From positions 79,888,944 through 79,952,943 of the forward strand of contig NC_057718.1 of assembly GCF_004010195.1 (NCBI RefSeq): a stretch of 64,000 nucleotides of DNA, given 5' to 3'. A model generated the notes under the pieces. That model was not told the origin of the DNA and did not search any database. It saw only the letters and a program-made list of their open reading frames with translations. The position numbers and the translations under genes were made by a program. Shown here piece after piece: positions 49,048 through 63,295 of the stretch; positions within the stretch are counted from its first letter, which is position 1, and every line of letters starts with the position of its first letter. This DNA is from Chiloscyllium plagiosum (lineage: Eukaryota).

Positions 49048-49440
49048 AAGAATGAATTTGTACTTATATACTGTACCAGGCCATTCCAAAGTGCTTCAAA
49101 GCCAATGATGTACTGTGGAAGTACTGTCGCTGCTGTGATTTGAAAATGTGAAAGCTATTTTGCACATGACAAGACTGAACATAATACCCAGCTAATATAT
49201 ATTAATGATGCTGGTCATGAGGTAAATATTGGTCAGGAGAATGGGGAGAACTAATGCAATGGGATCTCTTATATTCATCTCAGTAGGTGGATAGGTGCTG
49301 ATTTAAATTTTCATCCAAAAGATTGTACCAATCCTCTGGACACCACTGGAGTGTCAGACTGGACCATCTCTACAAGTTTTTGCTGGGAGAATTGAACCCA
49401 ACATCATCCAACTTGGTGTGGAAATGCTCTCATGGAGCTG
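49048..49440 (-). mobile_element. Deu-domain SINE (SacSINE1/AmnSINE1-like), old
   Basis: GGGATCTCTTATATTCATCT..GATTTAAATTTTCATCCAAAAGA..CACTGGAGTGTCAG; B box GGGTTCAATTC on the minus strand; L2-like tail CCAAAGTGCTT. Confidence 0.65.
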
Positions 49441-49446
49441 CAATTT

Positions 49447-50758
49447 TTAAAAATTCATTCATGGACTGTTGGCATTGCTGACTGGCTGACAACATTTATT
49501 ATCCATCTCTAGTTTCTCTTTAGAAGGTGATGGTGAGCTACCTTCTTGAATCACTGCAGTCTGTTTGATGTAGATAGTCCCAAAATGCCATCAAGGAGAG
49601 AATTCTAGGATTTTGACGCAGCAACAATGAGGGAGCAGCAGTATAGTTCCAGGTCAGGATGGTGAGTGGCTTGGATTGGAATTTGCAGGTGGTGGTGTTC
49701 CTATGTATCTTCTCTCATTGCTCATCTGAACTCTAGTGGTTGTGAATTTGGAATGTGCTCTCTGCAAGGCTTGTACATCATACACACTGCTGTTACTGTG
49801 CATCAGTAGTGGGAGTGAGTATTTTAGGATGTGGTGCTAATCAAGTGGAGAGTTTTGTCCTGGATAGTGTCAAGCTTCTTGAGTGTTGTTGGAGCTTCAG
49901 TCATCCAGGCAAGTGGCAAGTATTCCATCACACGCCTTATAGATGGTGGACAGGCTTTGGGGAGTCAGGAGGTGAGTTACTCACTCCAGGATTTCTGAAT
50001 ACTCCATTCAGTTTCTGTGCAATGGTAACCTGGGATGTTTATAGTGGGAGATTCAGTAATGGAATGTTACTGAATGTCAAGGGTCAACAGCATGATTCTC
50101 TTATTGTGGACATGGTTGTTATCTAGCATTTGTGCGATGCGAATGTTACTCACCAATTGTCAGCCTAAGTTGGGATATTGTCCTGATCTGCTTTATTTGG
50201 GAATGGACTGCTTCAGTATCTAACAAATTATAATGAGGATTGTAAATGGTATTGCGCATTGAACAATCATCAGTGAATATCCCCTCTTCTGACCTAAAGA
50301 TGTGGAAAAGGATACTGGTGAAGTAGCTGAAGATTGTTGAGCAAGCACACTATCCTGAGGAACTCCTGCAGAGATGACCTGAAGCTGAGAGTACCTGAGA
50401 ATGACCTCCAACAATTACAACCATCTTTGTTTATGCTAGGTATGCCTCCAACCAGCAGAGAGTTTTCCTCTGATTCAAATAAAGTCCATTTTTGCCTGGA
50501 CACCTTGATGCCACACTCAGTAAAATGCAGCCTTTATGTCAATGGCAGTTTCACCTTCCCTCTGGAGTTCAGCTCTTTTGTCCAAGTTTCAACCAAGGCT
50601 CTGATCATGTCAGGAGCTGAGTGACACTGGTGGAACCCAAACTGAGTGTCACTGGGCAGGTTATTGCTAAGCAATTGAAGCATTGTTGGTGACCATTTCC
50701 ATCATGTTACTGATGATTGAGAGTAGACTGATGAGGCAGTAATTGGTGGGTTGGATTT
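49447..50758 (-). mobile_element. 3' part of the tRNA-headed LINE family, with deletions
   Basis: NYCLISLLSIISNMME..AQ*HSVWVPPVSLSS..DIKAAFY*VWHQG..ISAGVPQDSVL, plus tail. Confidence 0.85.
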
Positions 50759-53150
50759 TTTGTGAGACCATTGTCACTGACCCACACTACAATCTCTAGT
50801 CAGGATGTTCAGATCTGTTGGAATGACTTCCTGATGTGGTCAACCTGGAAGACGATGGACCTCCTTTCAGTGACCTCTGAAAATCTTGGTACCAAATTTG
50901 ACTTTTTGGCAGGCAATTCTAGGCTTCTGGGTGGCTGGCCATCACAGGCTGAGGGGACATTCCTGGCTTGCAGTGAGTGGTGCACAACTGACCTTTAAAT
51001 ATAGCATCAGAATCATTCACCCCAGAAGGTCCCGCCAATGGAAAGAACTTCAGACTTGCTCACCATACAATTTCCCATGCACCTTTCACAAAAGCCCACT
51101 TGCACAGATAATGAGCTGAGAAGCACATAGTTGAATGCGATAACTCACATCAGGCAATAATGGATATGACACATTCTAACAAACGCAACACAATATATTA
51201 ATTGCGAAATGGAAAATTCCACCATTACCATTACACCACTGTCTCCTCTGTGGAACTTTATTAGCATCATCATACATTGTAAGGTATTTGATAAGCATGC
51301 AGCCAGCTAGCCCAATAGCATAGGTTGTGTTGGACTTGTGTAAATGAAGAGACAGCAAATGGTATGATTGCTGCCTGCCCCAATAGGCATATGTAGTTTG
51401 TGAACCATGATTCCTGTATCTGAAAATAGTATGTTTATTTAGCTGATCAAGACTAATTAAGGTAAATTCTGATCATAACAAATACATATGATAAGGGGGA
51501 TAAATATGCATTGGCATTTCTTTTACTTAACTTGTAAATTAAAAATTATGTTAAGGTTTCAACAAAGCAATAACAATAATGAATAACACAGTTCTGTTTT
51601 GATCCCCACAGCACAGGAGCAGCTGTAAAGTACAACATAAAGAGCTTATTGAAGCCATAAAAGATTCATAGTTGGTAATTCATTCATCCAATAATGTTAT
51701 TCATTGCATTTTTGAAAATCTTAGTGGCAAATGAATCTTCATCCAAAGATATCGGGGATGTTCTCAAAACTTGCATATTAAGTACTTGTTAGGATAAGAC
51801 TGGTATTGTGAAAATGAATCTTAATTATTTTTATTATTATCAAGAAAATAAATAGATTTTGGCCTATCAATGACTTGTATGATTCTTGGAAGCAAACTTG
51901 ACACGTAAGTGACCTAGTTTAAGTTACTTGTTCATCCGTGGATTTTAACAGTATTTATGGTTTCTAACAACCTTTGAACAACATGTAGCTTGACATTTCT
52001 TTTTATTTTTAACCACAGTTATTCACAAAAATATTTGTAGTGTATCAGCCATTTATGTGTTTATGGTTAATAGTGACCCAGGTTCATGCATTCCCTTAAA
52101 GTATAAATATCTTAAAATAGTACAAGCGTAAATGGATAATGATAAGGATGTACAAGGCAGTGATTTGGCTACAATTAGATTACTGTGTGCATTTATGCAT
52201 CCCATAACTAAAAGAATGACAGGACCACAGCCATTATGTGTGTTCAACCTGATGATGCTAGAAACAGTAAACTGTAAATATGAAGAGTCTCCTGTAATAC
52301 AAGAAGGAAGTACAATTTTCATGAAATACTTTGTGGTTGAAGAACCTCAAAGGTGACCAAAATACAGTATAAAGCGGAAATACTGGTGAAGCCAGCATTT
52401 TGTGCAAGACAACATTTTCACAAAGAAGTCAAAGCCAGCTTGAGAAACACCTCTCGTGAAGAGTTGATTGCACTTAAAATGTTTACTAGGACTCACTAAA
52501 AAGCGTGCACATTATTTTGATGGCTAGTTCTCCAACTAAAGCACAGAGACCAGTAGTTTGTAAGTAAACACAGTGTTAATTTTGATTTCAAGCACTATTA
52601 AAAGAGTACTCATCATGTCATGTTTACTGCTGCCTATGCCATGTCAAGAGCCTTGAAACACTTTGAAAAGCTTTCTTGGGACAGTTTGTCAAGAATTCTT
52701 GAACTAATTTAAAATATGTTATGCTACTTCGTCTATTGAACACCTTGGTGTGAATCATTAGGAGAAGTGCTTCCTCACAGGCTGCTTGTTTGAGGTTCTC
52801 TTGATTTGAACAAGAAATGGGAAGAAGAAATAAAATCAGAAAAGGTAACAAAATATGGAGAGGAACAGGAAGACAAGGTGGTTAAGGTTGACAACTTCCT
52901 CTCTGTGGGTACAGTATACACTTCTTCCTCTGATGTCCTCCCCAGAACCTTTAGTACTGCATCAAAAAAACCTGTTTCCTCTCCTCAATACCTGCTCTGT
53001 ACTATTATGTGTCAGCCATAGCACTGTAGAGCGAAGAGCCCATAGATAAGGATCCACATTGGGTTTAATACCTCTGGGCAAGTTCAAGTTATGGAAATCA
53101 GACTTTCAAACATATTAGTCTTATTAGTACTACATCTATTTAATGCCTGT

Positions 53151-53769
53151 TGTGACGATGCTGCTCCTTTAACAAGGTTAGGTTGTCCTTGGTTTTTTTA
53201 CAGAGAGGTCATAAAAGACACAGACTCCGAGAAGTCTGGGTTTGGATGGGTTTTAGGACCAGTTTGATTATAGCTAACATATACTGCCTCAGTTAAAGGC
53301 TTTCAAGTTAAAAAAAAACATTTGTGCAATGCAAGGGGAATGGCTAGTGCTCCCAGCTCAGCTTTGCTCTCATTTTGGTTTGGCATTAGCATAATAGTGT
53401 GTTGAAGCTGCTGGACCCAAAGGAACAGGTCCAGGCTGATCTTCCTCCTCTCTCTGACTTGTCTCCCGTAAGACCTTTTGTGCCAAGGGGTGTTTATAGG
53501 GATCGTTACAAGTATTTGGAACAGCTTCATTAAGTTGGGATGATCTGTTGGGTTGTCAGGTAGGTTAAGTTATTCAGTATTCTGTTCTCTTCTTTTTGTT
53601 TCATTCAGTAATCTTGTAAATAAATTCTGTTTTGTTTAGAGCTAAGCGGTTGCGCCAGCTGCATCACTCCCAGAATATCCAGGTTACACTTGCTTAAAAC
53701 AATGAGCAAAGTTAGGGTCTGGGCTACTTTCTTGAATTGTTTTGAGGGGGTCTGGCCTGGTCCATAACA
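53151..53769 (+). mobile_element. Solo LTR (619 bp), Gypsy-like
   Basis: TGTGACG...CATAACA termini; 4-bp TSD CTGT/CTGC; AATAAA at 53619. Confidence 0.78.
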
Positions 53770-54934
53770 CTGCGTTCACTATTGGTTAAACAAAATACCC
53801 AAGAACTATTTTCATTGCAACAAAGAACTGAGTCAATAATCCAGCATTTAAAAAATATCTAAAATATTTTGCTTGAATAAATATTACTTGGAGGAGCAAT
53901 TCATTCTTATTGCTTGCTGAAATGAAGCTTAAAGCCAATCTCAGTCCAGTCTCATGCTGCCTGGGTGTGTCATGTTGAGAATGGGTCAAATATTTTTCTG
54001 GCTCTGTAAACCTTGTTGAAAAATCATCAGTTGAGAGATTTTCTTTAAGTAATTACTCATAAGTTACTGTATTCTACAGCTTGATTAACAACATTTCTTC
54101 AATATGCTTATGGAGAAAAAGCATATTTGTTTCATATGGGTCTTTATGATCAGTTTTCATCTACAAACGCAAGAAGATTTGAGTCCAACAAAAGGAATTT
54201 AAACAAAATGGTGCATCTTCCTCCCATTTTTTATTTATGTATTCTTTTGTGCAAAATATGGGCACTTTTTTCAATATCTGTAAAAGGAGGAATATGAAGT
54301 CCACATCAAATTTAAAAGCCAAATATTTGATTACACGAAGCAGCTGAGGTAGACATTTGTACCTCTTCAACAAAAGGATAAGCAGCCAGGGTGATATAAT
54401 ACTTTACGTAATGTCCCTGCTCTTTTCACAAAAGATGTGTACTTAGCAGACGTGTATGCTTCACAGTCAAAGAGTATGGATTGAATGTACAGCTGCCTTG
54501 TTTGAAAGTGTAGTTAAAGGTCATGGTGCTGCATTGTATTCTGTTCAACAAAATAGACTACAGCTGAATGTAAATGATTAATGAACTCAATATGAATGAT
54601 TCATGCAAGTTTCCCCTCACAGCAACTAATGCTTCCTTCGTGGTTAAGTCAACGGTTGCATCCATGGGGATTTCAAATAACAAAGACTGTCAGAATACAG
54701 GATATGTTATGTTTCTTTAAACACATTGTTTAGTGTAATACTATCAGTGGAGTTAGTTTCTTTTTCTTATTCTTTTGATAAAACTGTCAGTCATTCCCTC
54801 CAATTTATAGTTTTTTTCAATTAATTTTCTCTCCACCTTAGATACTTTTGCTACGACATTGTGCCATGCTTCAATCTTTGACAAAGGCAGAAGTACAGTT
54901 TGGTCCTTAGTTTGGCCCTTTGGACGGTGACTAC

Positions 54935-55145
54935 CAGTATATGGAACAAACTGCCAGAGGAATTGGTAGAGGTGAAGAAAGTTACAACATTTAAAAGACA
55001 TTTGGACAGATACACGGATAGGAAAGTTTTAGAAGGATATGGGCCAAATGCAGAAAAATGGGATCAGTTCAGTTTAGGAAAACTGGTCGGCATGGACGGG
55101 TTGGGCTGAAGGGTCTATTTCGTGTTGTATGACTCTATGATTCCA
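54935..55145 (+). mobile_element. HER1/CR1 3' end
   Basis: IWNKLPEELVEV..TFKRHLDRY..GYGPNAEKWD followed by ATGACTCTATGA. Confidence 0.88.
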
Positions 55146-55159
55146 TATGCATAGCATAA

Positions 55160-56600
55160 ATAAAGAAAATAAAAGCTCAGCAGGTTCGACAACACCTGCA
55201 TAGAGAGGAACAGAGTTTACATTTCAGGTTTATGAACTTTGATCAGAACTGAGAAAGGTTACAGATGTAACAGGTTTAGAGCAAGTGCTGGGTGGGATAA
55301 GGACACAAGAACAAAAGGATGGTCTGTGATAGGGTGGAAGTTAACCCTTCAGGATGGTGATGAGGGCAAGAAAGAAAACAAAGAAATAAACATGCCGAGA
55401 ACAGCTGTGATAACTGGAAAAAAAAGCCAACAAAAAGAAGCAAGGAAAAGGGAAAAAGAAAAGGGAGACAGCTTTTGGTCTGAAATCAGTGAACTCAACA
55501 TTTAGTCCAGAAGGCTGTAACATGCATAATCATAAGATGAGGTACTGTTTCTGAAGTTTATGTTGAGTCTCACAGAAATAATGCAGTAGACCGAGTACAG
55601 AAATATCAGCTTGACATCAAAGTGGCAGATCAGAAGGACAGCCACCAGAAGCTCGGGATCATGCCTGCAGCTAGGAGAAAGGTGTTCTGCAAAGTGGTCA
55701 CTCAGTCTGCACTTGGCCTTGTGAGCATTGACTACAATAGATCAGATTGAAACAAGTTTATATAAATCACAGGTTCACCTGGAAGAAAAGTGAAAGAGCA
55801 GGTTTTACAACTCCTGAGATTGCAGGGGAAGGTGCCATGAACAGGAGACACAGTTTTAGGGATGACTGAGGAGTGGACTGAGGTATCACAGAGGGAATAG
55901 TCCCTTCAGAATGCTGAATATGTGGGTAGGGAGGCAAGGTGTGTTTCGTACTGACAACACTGCAGGAGGCATAAATAGTGGAAAATTACTCATTGAATAT
56001 GGGAGGCAGTTGAGTGGAAGGTAAGGGACAAGGGGAACTCTTTTCTTTTGTTCTGGGAGAGGGATAAGGGTGAGAGCAAAACTGCAGGAAATGTGGTAGA
56101 TGTGGCCAAGAGCCAACCACAGTTGGAAGATTTGTTAGTTGAGAGAAAAGAAATATCTCAGAAGTACTGTTGTGGAAGGTTTCACTATCATATCAGATGT
56201 GATAGAGATGTAGCTGTGAGAATGGAATGGAATCCTTACATGGTGGGATGAAACGTAAGTGAGTGTAAATGGGTTTGTAATGAATATTAGTTGATTACCT
56301 ATTGCTAGAAATAGAGACAGAGAAGTTTCAAAAGGGAAGGGGAGGATCAGAAATGGACAATGATAACTCAAGAAAGGGCGGAAATTGGAAGCAATTGCAA
56401 TGATGTTTTCCAATTCAGGAAGAGGATGGATATGGCATTGATACAATTATCAATGTACTATAAAAGAGATGTGAGTGGTGGTCCATGCAGAATTGGAACA
56501 AAATATGTTCAACATGAACTGTACAACAGCAGATATAGCTAGTACCCATACAGGTACCCATAACAACATGTTCTACTTGAAGGAAGCAAATGGGTTTAAA
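55160..56600 (-). mobile_element. Penelope-like element, heavily decayed
   Basis: LQPSGLNVEF, RT-like VMGTCMGTSY..YIDNC, and decayed hammerhead CTGATCA..GAAATGTAAACT near 55220-55250. Confidence 0.75.
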
Positions 56601-57918
56601 GGAGAGAAGTAAATGTCTGGAGGCAATTCAGTAAGATTTCTGAGATTGATGTCTGGAATGAGCAAGTTAGCCTATGATGAATGGTTGTACAGCCTTGGTT
56701 TGTTTCCACTGGAGATCAGACCAGAGAAGGATAACTTGATTGAAGATGCTGAATGATTGTGGCAAGGTGGATATTGAAAAGGTATTTCATCGTGTAGGTA
56801 ACTTTAGAATCATGGGGCACTGCTTAGAAATTCAGCCCACATTTTAAGGTGGAGATAAGGAGAAATTTGTTCTCTCAGAAGGTTATGTGGCTTTGACTGA
56901 GTCACATTTCACTCCTTTTCTTCTAATGACAAAAGAAGAATCTGTCAGACTTAGGGGCTGGACTTGCAGATTTGTGTCCTGCCTACTAATTTTAAAGGTT
57001 TTTGGAGATGCCCAAAATCCATGAAACTCCAGTTCATGTTGCCAATGATAGATTAGAAAACTTGTAAATGGGGAAGAGATCGGATTTGGAGGGGCACTGA
57101 GCTCTCCGAGGATTGTGAGTTTAAAAGAGATGAGAGAGATAGGGAGTAAAGAGGTTAGAAGAGATTGGTCAACAAGAGTTGCGTTTTTGCAGGATAATGT
57201 CTGGTTTTATTCCTTTCTTTCTCTTTGGCTCCTGAAAGTTGGACATAATTCCACTGTGAACTATTTCACTAAACATAAGTTAACTCTGGTGGCGTAATGA
57301 TAGCTTTGGAGATGGAGGGTGTGAACAGTCCACTTCTTGATAATTTCTTGATTCCAAGGGATTTTTCTGGAGACAACCTCCAGCAACTGCCTATCGATTC
57401 AAGATCAGTAGCTCTTCAAAGTATTTGAATATCATTTAGAACTAAGTGCAGCATACCCTTGCAGAAGGTGTATTCACTGCATCATGTGCCCAGCAATGTC
57501 TTTCCCCCTCCGTGTTAATAGCTGCAGCAGCACTGGGTCTTTATTTTTATTAACACTCAAAAACTATACAATCATGCTTCCAGTTTGAGATATTCTCGTG
57601 GTTCCTATCTGCCTCAGCACTGCACATGTCTCCCAGTGATGCTGTCAGATGGCCAGTCCCCCAGTGGGCCATATACATCCAAGTCCTGACCACCATTTGA
57701 ATTGGATGAAAAATGCACAAGATGCCTGTTAATTGCTCACCTCTGTATGATCCACTGGATGTATCATGAGGTGGGAATCCACAAATGGTTTCAATGCTTG
57801 AAAAGTTTCAAAATAAAGAACAAGTTAATCTCTTTCTTGATAAAAGAAAACCAGCTTTTTTTTGTCAGTTCCCACAGCTTCTGCTTGTTGTTACTTTTAT
57901 TCATATATTATATATACA

Positions 57919-58059
57919 CAGAGGAACCTCGATTATCCGAACGTCAATTATCCGAATTTCGGATTATTCAAACAAGATCGCAACTGTGTTATCCAAACAT
58001 TCGATTATCTGAACAAAATATTCCCTGCCCGTGTTGTTCGGATAATTGAAGTTCCTCTG
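57919..58059. mobile_element. Tigger-like MITE (141 bp)
   Basis: CAGAGGAACCTCGATTATCCGAAC...GTTCGGATAATTGAAGTTCCTCTG|TA. Confidence 0.87.
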
Positions 58060-58289
58060 TATTCATATTCTCCTGTGCATTGTATTTATCATGACAGGTA
58101 TGGTGTCTCTATTGAGATTCATTCCATCTTCCTCTGGGATGCCAGTTTTCAGCAGTACAATATATGCGCCTTAAATATCACATTGCTCACTGTAGGGCAC
58201 TCCATCTCATCTCCTCTCAGCTTATAACCAAATTCTTTGCTATACAGCAGACTACTATTTTCATTTTAACATCTGTAACATTGAGTCTA

Positions 58290-59800
58290 TTCATAAAATT
58301 GTAGAAACGTACGGAACAGAAGCTGGTCATGCTGGTGGTGATTCTTAGAAATAGCAGTTGGGCTTAGTCTCACATTCCCCTTTTTGTCTTCAAATTTGTA
58401 TGTTCCTTTTATCCTCAAGCACCTGTCCAAATCTCTTTTGAAATAATTTACAGAGTGAGTTGCCACCACCTCTTCAGATAGATCATTCCAGGTCCCAACA
58501 ATTGCCTTGAGTGAAAAATCTTCTCATCTCCTCTCATGATCATTTGCCAATAATTTTAAATCCATGATATCCAATTGTTGGCTCACTACCAAATGGAGAA
58601 TTGTTCCTCTGTCTACTCTGATAAAACCTCTCTTGAAAACCTCAATTAGGTAACCTGTTAATATTCTCAGTTCCAAGGAGAACAACCTTAGACTTCCAAG
58701 TTCCACTCGTAACTGAAGACACTTGTAAAAATTAACTCTCTGTTAAGTCTCCTCTGTAAGCTTTCTAACACCTTTCTATATTTTCTGAAGATCACTGAGA
58801 AGTGTTCAGAATATTCTAATTCAGACCTCACCAGTTACTTATAAGGTTCTAGCATGAGTTCTCCATTTGTTTTTGTCTTTTATTCATAAACCCAGATAAA
58901 CTCTGTGCTTTTTAGCCAATTTCTTAAATTTTCCTGCCTCATTTAAGGATTTATATTTCCAGACACCAAGGATTTTCTTCTCATCTACACTTTTCAAAAT
59001 TGTGCCATTCATAATATGCTCCTTTCCATATTACCCTTCCCAAAGTGCAACACTTCACAATTCCCTATAATGAAATCCATCTATCATGACAATTATTGAC
59101 ATCTATTGTTGCATCATCCTGTTGCCTATAATCATTTTCTTCACTATCTACTACTTTGGCAAGTTATTTTATCATCCAAAGACATTACAATTCTGTTCTC
59201 TATATGTAACCCTTGATCATTTATAAAAACTGAAGAAAGTAAATGGATGCAAAACTGACCCTTGCTAATGCAAACACATCCCAGTCTGCAAAACATTCAG
59301 CCACCAAACCCTTTGTTCTATGTCTTTGATCTGATTTTGTATTCTAATCACTAGTTTGCTGTAAATTTCATGGGCATACATCTTCTTAAGAAATCTTCTG
59401 TGTGTTACTTTATTGAATGCCTTCTCAAGGTCTACAACAACCTTGATCAAACTTAGTTCATCATGAATTCAATCAAGTTAATCATACATGTTTGTCTTTA
59501 ACAAATCTGTGCTGGGTTCTCCTCATTAACCCTTGCTTTTCCAAATAAAAAGTATTTTGTTCTGGGTAATGGTTTCTAATAGCCTCCTCACCATTACTTT
59601 TAGACTGACTGTCCTGTGGTTTCCCAGTTTATACCTCCTTTCTTGAAAAATGGTTTAAAACATGCATCCCCCCAATCCTCTGGCATTACTGCATCCAATG
59701 AGGATTCAAAGATTGTGAACAATATCTCTGCTACTTCGACCTTTATGCTTTCTTTCACAACCTGAGATGCTTTTCTTTTGAACCAGGTAATTTATCAACT
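58290..59800 (-). mobile_element. Old CR1 RT to 3' end
   Basis: VDLEKAFNKVTHRRFLKK.., LRLFSLELRILTGYLIEVFK, FKRDLDRCL. Confidence 0.78.
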
Positions 59801-61347
59801 TTCACACTAATCTTTTTAGTACATTTTGTTCTAGATTTTACCTCAGGTTCAGCATCATCAATATCTTCCTAATCTGACCTCATGTTCCTTAAAATCAGGA
59901 ATTTACCCCTATATGTATTTCTACTTTTTATATCTACTCAGAGGATATTTTATCAAGGGAACTGTGACAAAGAACTCATTAATTGAGCAAATGAATGTGC
60001 CAATGTGTTCAGGTTTTCAGTCTTTTCTGACTTTTTTAAAAATTAGATTCCGACTTGATGATTGACCTTTTAAAGAGACAAAGCCAAATGATCATTTGTA
60101 AGTTCACACCTTATACAGTGAGTAACTGAGCAAGCAGAATAGCAATTACAGTCGAGCTTCCTTCAGTTTAATTCAGTAATACTCCTTGTGAAGTAGGAAG
60201 GAACAAAACATGTGGGATAAGTAGAATGGTTTGACTCCAGTTGTTTTTATTTCTTAAGAAAATTGAGTTGAGTCATTATTTGTTCCCTTGATAGATGTTC
60301 TTAAATGAAGAAGATCTATACTCAACTGCCTGTTGGTCATGATTATTAAGTAACTGTTGACTCTTCCTCAACTCTACAAATCTGCAGAATGTCCCATAGA
60401 GTTGTTTATTAAATTGATTATCAACTCTTTCCACCATACCTGAATGCTACATCCTTAAATGATTAAACCATGCTGACAAATTAGGCTTGCTTTTAATCAA
60501 ACCTGGCCAATGCATAGAGTTTGAGCTATATGTCTTTTTCATTAACTTCTTAAGCCTGAATTGAGATCTAACCCAAAATGGCAGACCAATGTTGCCAGGG
60601 AGATTAAATTAAAATGAGAACTAATGAGTTTGGGCAGGGTGGAGCCAGTCAAAGAAAAGTTAAAATTAGTTTCTATTATCTTGAATAAAACTTGCACTTA
60701 TGAAGGATCTTTCCACAATTGAAATATAATTAGAAAATGCTATAAATACTCAGCAAATAGGGCAGCTATAGGTAGAAAACAGAATTCCCATTTCTGGTCA
60801 GTGAGCTTTGATCAAAACTGATTCATCCAGTGCCCTTGACAGCTAAATCTAACAATGCAGTAATAACGTGCTGACCTAAGTCAAAGCAAGGACTGTTTAT
60901 GGTGAAGTACAATTTCCACCTGCTTCTTCTCCACTTTTCTTCAGTCACCCTTACTCTTTCTTCACAATGGGTATAATTTTCATATATAAGAATTTGATAT
61001 CATTACCCCATTGATTGTGTTCAGTAATAAAAACAAAATGTTGGAGGTATTGAGCAGGTCAGATAGCAAAGTGGAGAAAGCAAAAGAGTTCTATCCATTG
61101 CTTAGCTTCTCAATCACTATAGAGGCAACTAGGAAAGCTCACAAAGCATTTGATTTCATCCTATTGTTATATCTTCTCATTGTTTTCTTCATAAATTTCT
61201 GCCCTAGAGATTGAAACTCCTATTGATGATTAAGCCATTTAGAATTTTCTAAAATGAATTGATAAGCAAGCTATGGTCAATTTAACCCCCAAGACATGAT
61301 TTGCTTTAAGCACATTATTTTTACTGTCCTAGATGATTTTATTCTCT

Positions 61348-63295
61348 AACATAGAACATAGAACATAGAAAAGTACAGCACAGAACAGGCCCTTTGGCCC
61401 ACGATGTTGTGCCGAAGTTTAATCCTCATGTAAAATATAATAACTTAACATACGCAGCCCTCAACTCACTGCTCTCCATGCGCCTGTCCAGCAATCGCTT
61501 AAATGTCCCTAATGACTCTGCTTCCAAAGCCACCGCTGGCAATGCATTCCATGCATTCACAACTCTCTGCGTAAAGAACCTACCTCTGACGTCTCCTCTA
61601 TACCTTTCCCCTTATACCTTAAAACTATGACTCCTCATATCTGTCAATCCTGCCCTGGGGCAGAGTCTCTGGCTATTGACTCTATCTATTCCTCTCATTA
61701 TCTTGTATACCTCGATCAGGTCTCCTCTCTTCCTGCTCTCCAGAGAGAAAAGTCCAAGCTTTTTCAACCTTTCTTCATAAGGCAAGCCCTCCAGTCCAGG
61801 CAGAATCCTGGCAAACCTTCTTTGCACCCCCTCCAAAGCCTCTGTATCTTTCCTATAGTAGGGTGACCAGAACTGGACACAATATTCCAAGTGTAGTCTC
61901 ACCAGGGACTTGTAGAGTTGTAGCAAAACCTTGTGGCTCTTAACAACCCTATCCACTTGGGTGGCAACTTTGAGGGATGTATGTGCTTGCACACCAAGAT
62001 CCCTCTGTTCCTCAACACTACCAAGAATCCTGTCTTTAATCCTATATTCAGCATTCAAGTTCAACCTTCCAAAATGCATCACTTTGCATTTATCCAGATT
62101 GAACTCCTTCTGCCATTTCTCAGCCCAGCTCTGCACTGCAGCCTGCAATAGCCCTCGATACTATCGACAACACCTCCAATCTTTGTGTCATCTGCAAATT
62201 TACTAACCCACCCCTCAACCTCCTCGTCAAAGTCATTTATAAAAACTACGAACAGCAGAGGTCCAAGAACAAAGCCCTGCGGGACCCCACTCAACACTGA
62301 CCTCCAGGCAGAATACTTTCCATCTACAACCAATTCTGAATCCAGATAGCCAAATCTCCCTGTATCCCATACCTCCTGACTTTATGAATGAGCCTACCAC
62401 GGGGAACCTTATCAACTGCCTTGCTGAAGTCCATATGCACCACATCCACTGCTCGACCTTCGTCAACCTGTCTTGTCACCTCCTCAAAGAACTCAATAAG
62501 ATTTGTGAGGCATGACCTGCCCCTCACAAAGCCATGCTGACTGCCTTTAATCACGGTATGCTTTGCCAAATAGTCATAGATCCTATCTCTCAGAATTCTT
62601 TCCAAAACTTTGCTGGCCACAGACGTAAGACTGACTGGTCTGTAATTGCCAGGGATTTCCCTATTACCCTTCTTGAAAAGAAGAACAACATTCGCCTCCT
62701 TCCAATCCTCCGGTACGACTCCCGTGGAGAGTGAGGGGGCAAAGATCTTCACCTGCGGCTTAGCAACCTCCTTTCTTGCTTCCCGGAGCAGCCTAGGATA
62801 AATCTGATCTGGCCCTGGAGACTTATCAATCTTAATGTTTTCCAAAATTTCCAGCACATCAACTTCATCAATCTTGATCTGGTCAAGCCAGTATCCCAGC
62901 TCCTCAAAGTTCTCATTCATAACAAGGTTCCTTTCTTTAGAGAAAACTGAAGCAAAATACTCATTCAGGCTTCCCCTATCTGCTCAAACTCCATGCACAA
63001 GTTCCCTATGCTATCCCTGATCGGCCCTACCTTCTCACTGATCATTCTCTTATTCCTCACGTAAGAGCAAAATGCCTTTGGGTTCCCCCTAATCCTATTT
63101 GCCAAGACTTTTTCGAAGCCCCCTCCTGGCTCTCCTCAGTCCATTTCTGAACTCCTTTCTAGCAAGCCTGTAATCCTCTAAAGCTGTGCTAGATCCTTGC
63201 TTCCTCCACCTTACGTAAGCTTTCTTCTTCCTTTTGACGAGAAGCTCTTCTGTTCTCGTCATCCAAGGTTCCTTAATCTTACCCCTTCTTACCTG
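61348..63295 (-). mobile_element. Young CR1 LINE, 5'-truncated, with short internal deletions
   Basis: ORFs 62324-62920 (KSPGPDQIYPRLL..NYRPVSLTS..QHGFVRGRSCLTNL..DFSKAVDKVP), 62079-62333 (GVPQGFVLGPLLF..KFADDTK) and 61612-62148; (TTCTATG)n tail. Confidence 0.95.

Noticed and set aside
52624..52851. Minus-strand exon candidate ENLKQAACEEALLLMIHTK
   Set aside because: Weak donor (GTGTTC), no recognisable homology and no partner exons.
62324..62920. 198-aa ORF as a functional gene
   Set aside because: It is a fragment of a 5'-truncated, frameshifted CR1 ORF2.
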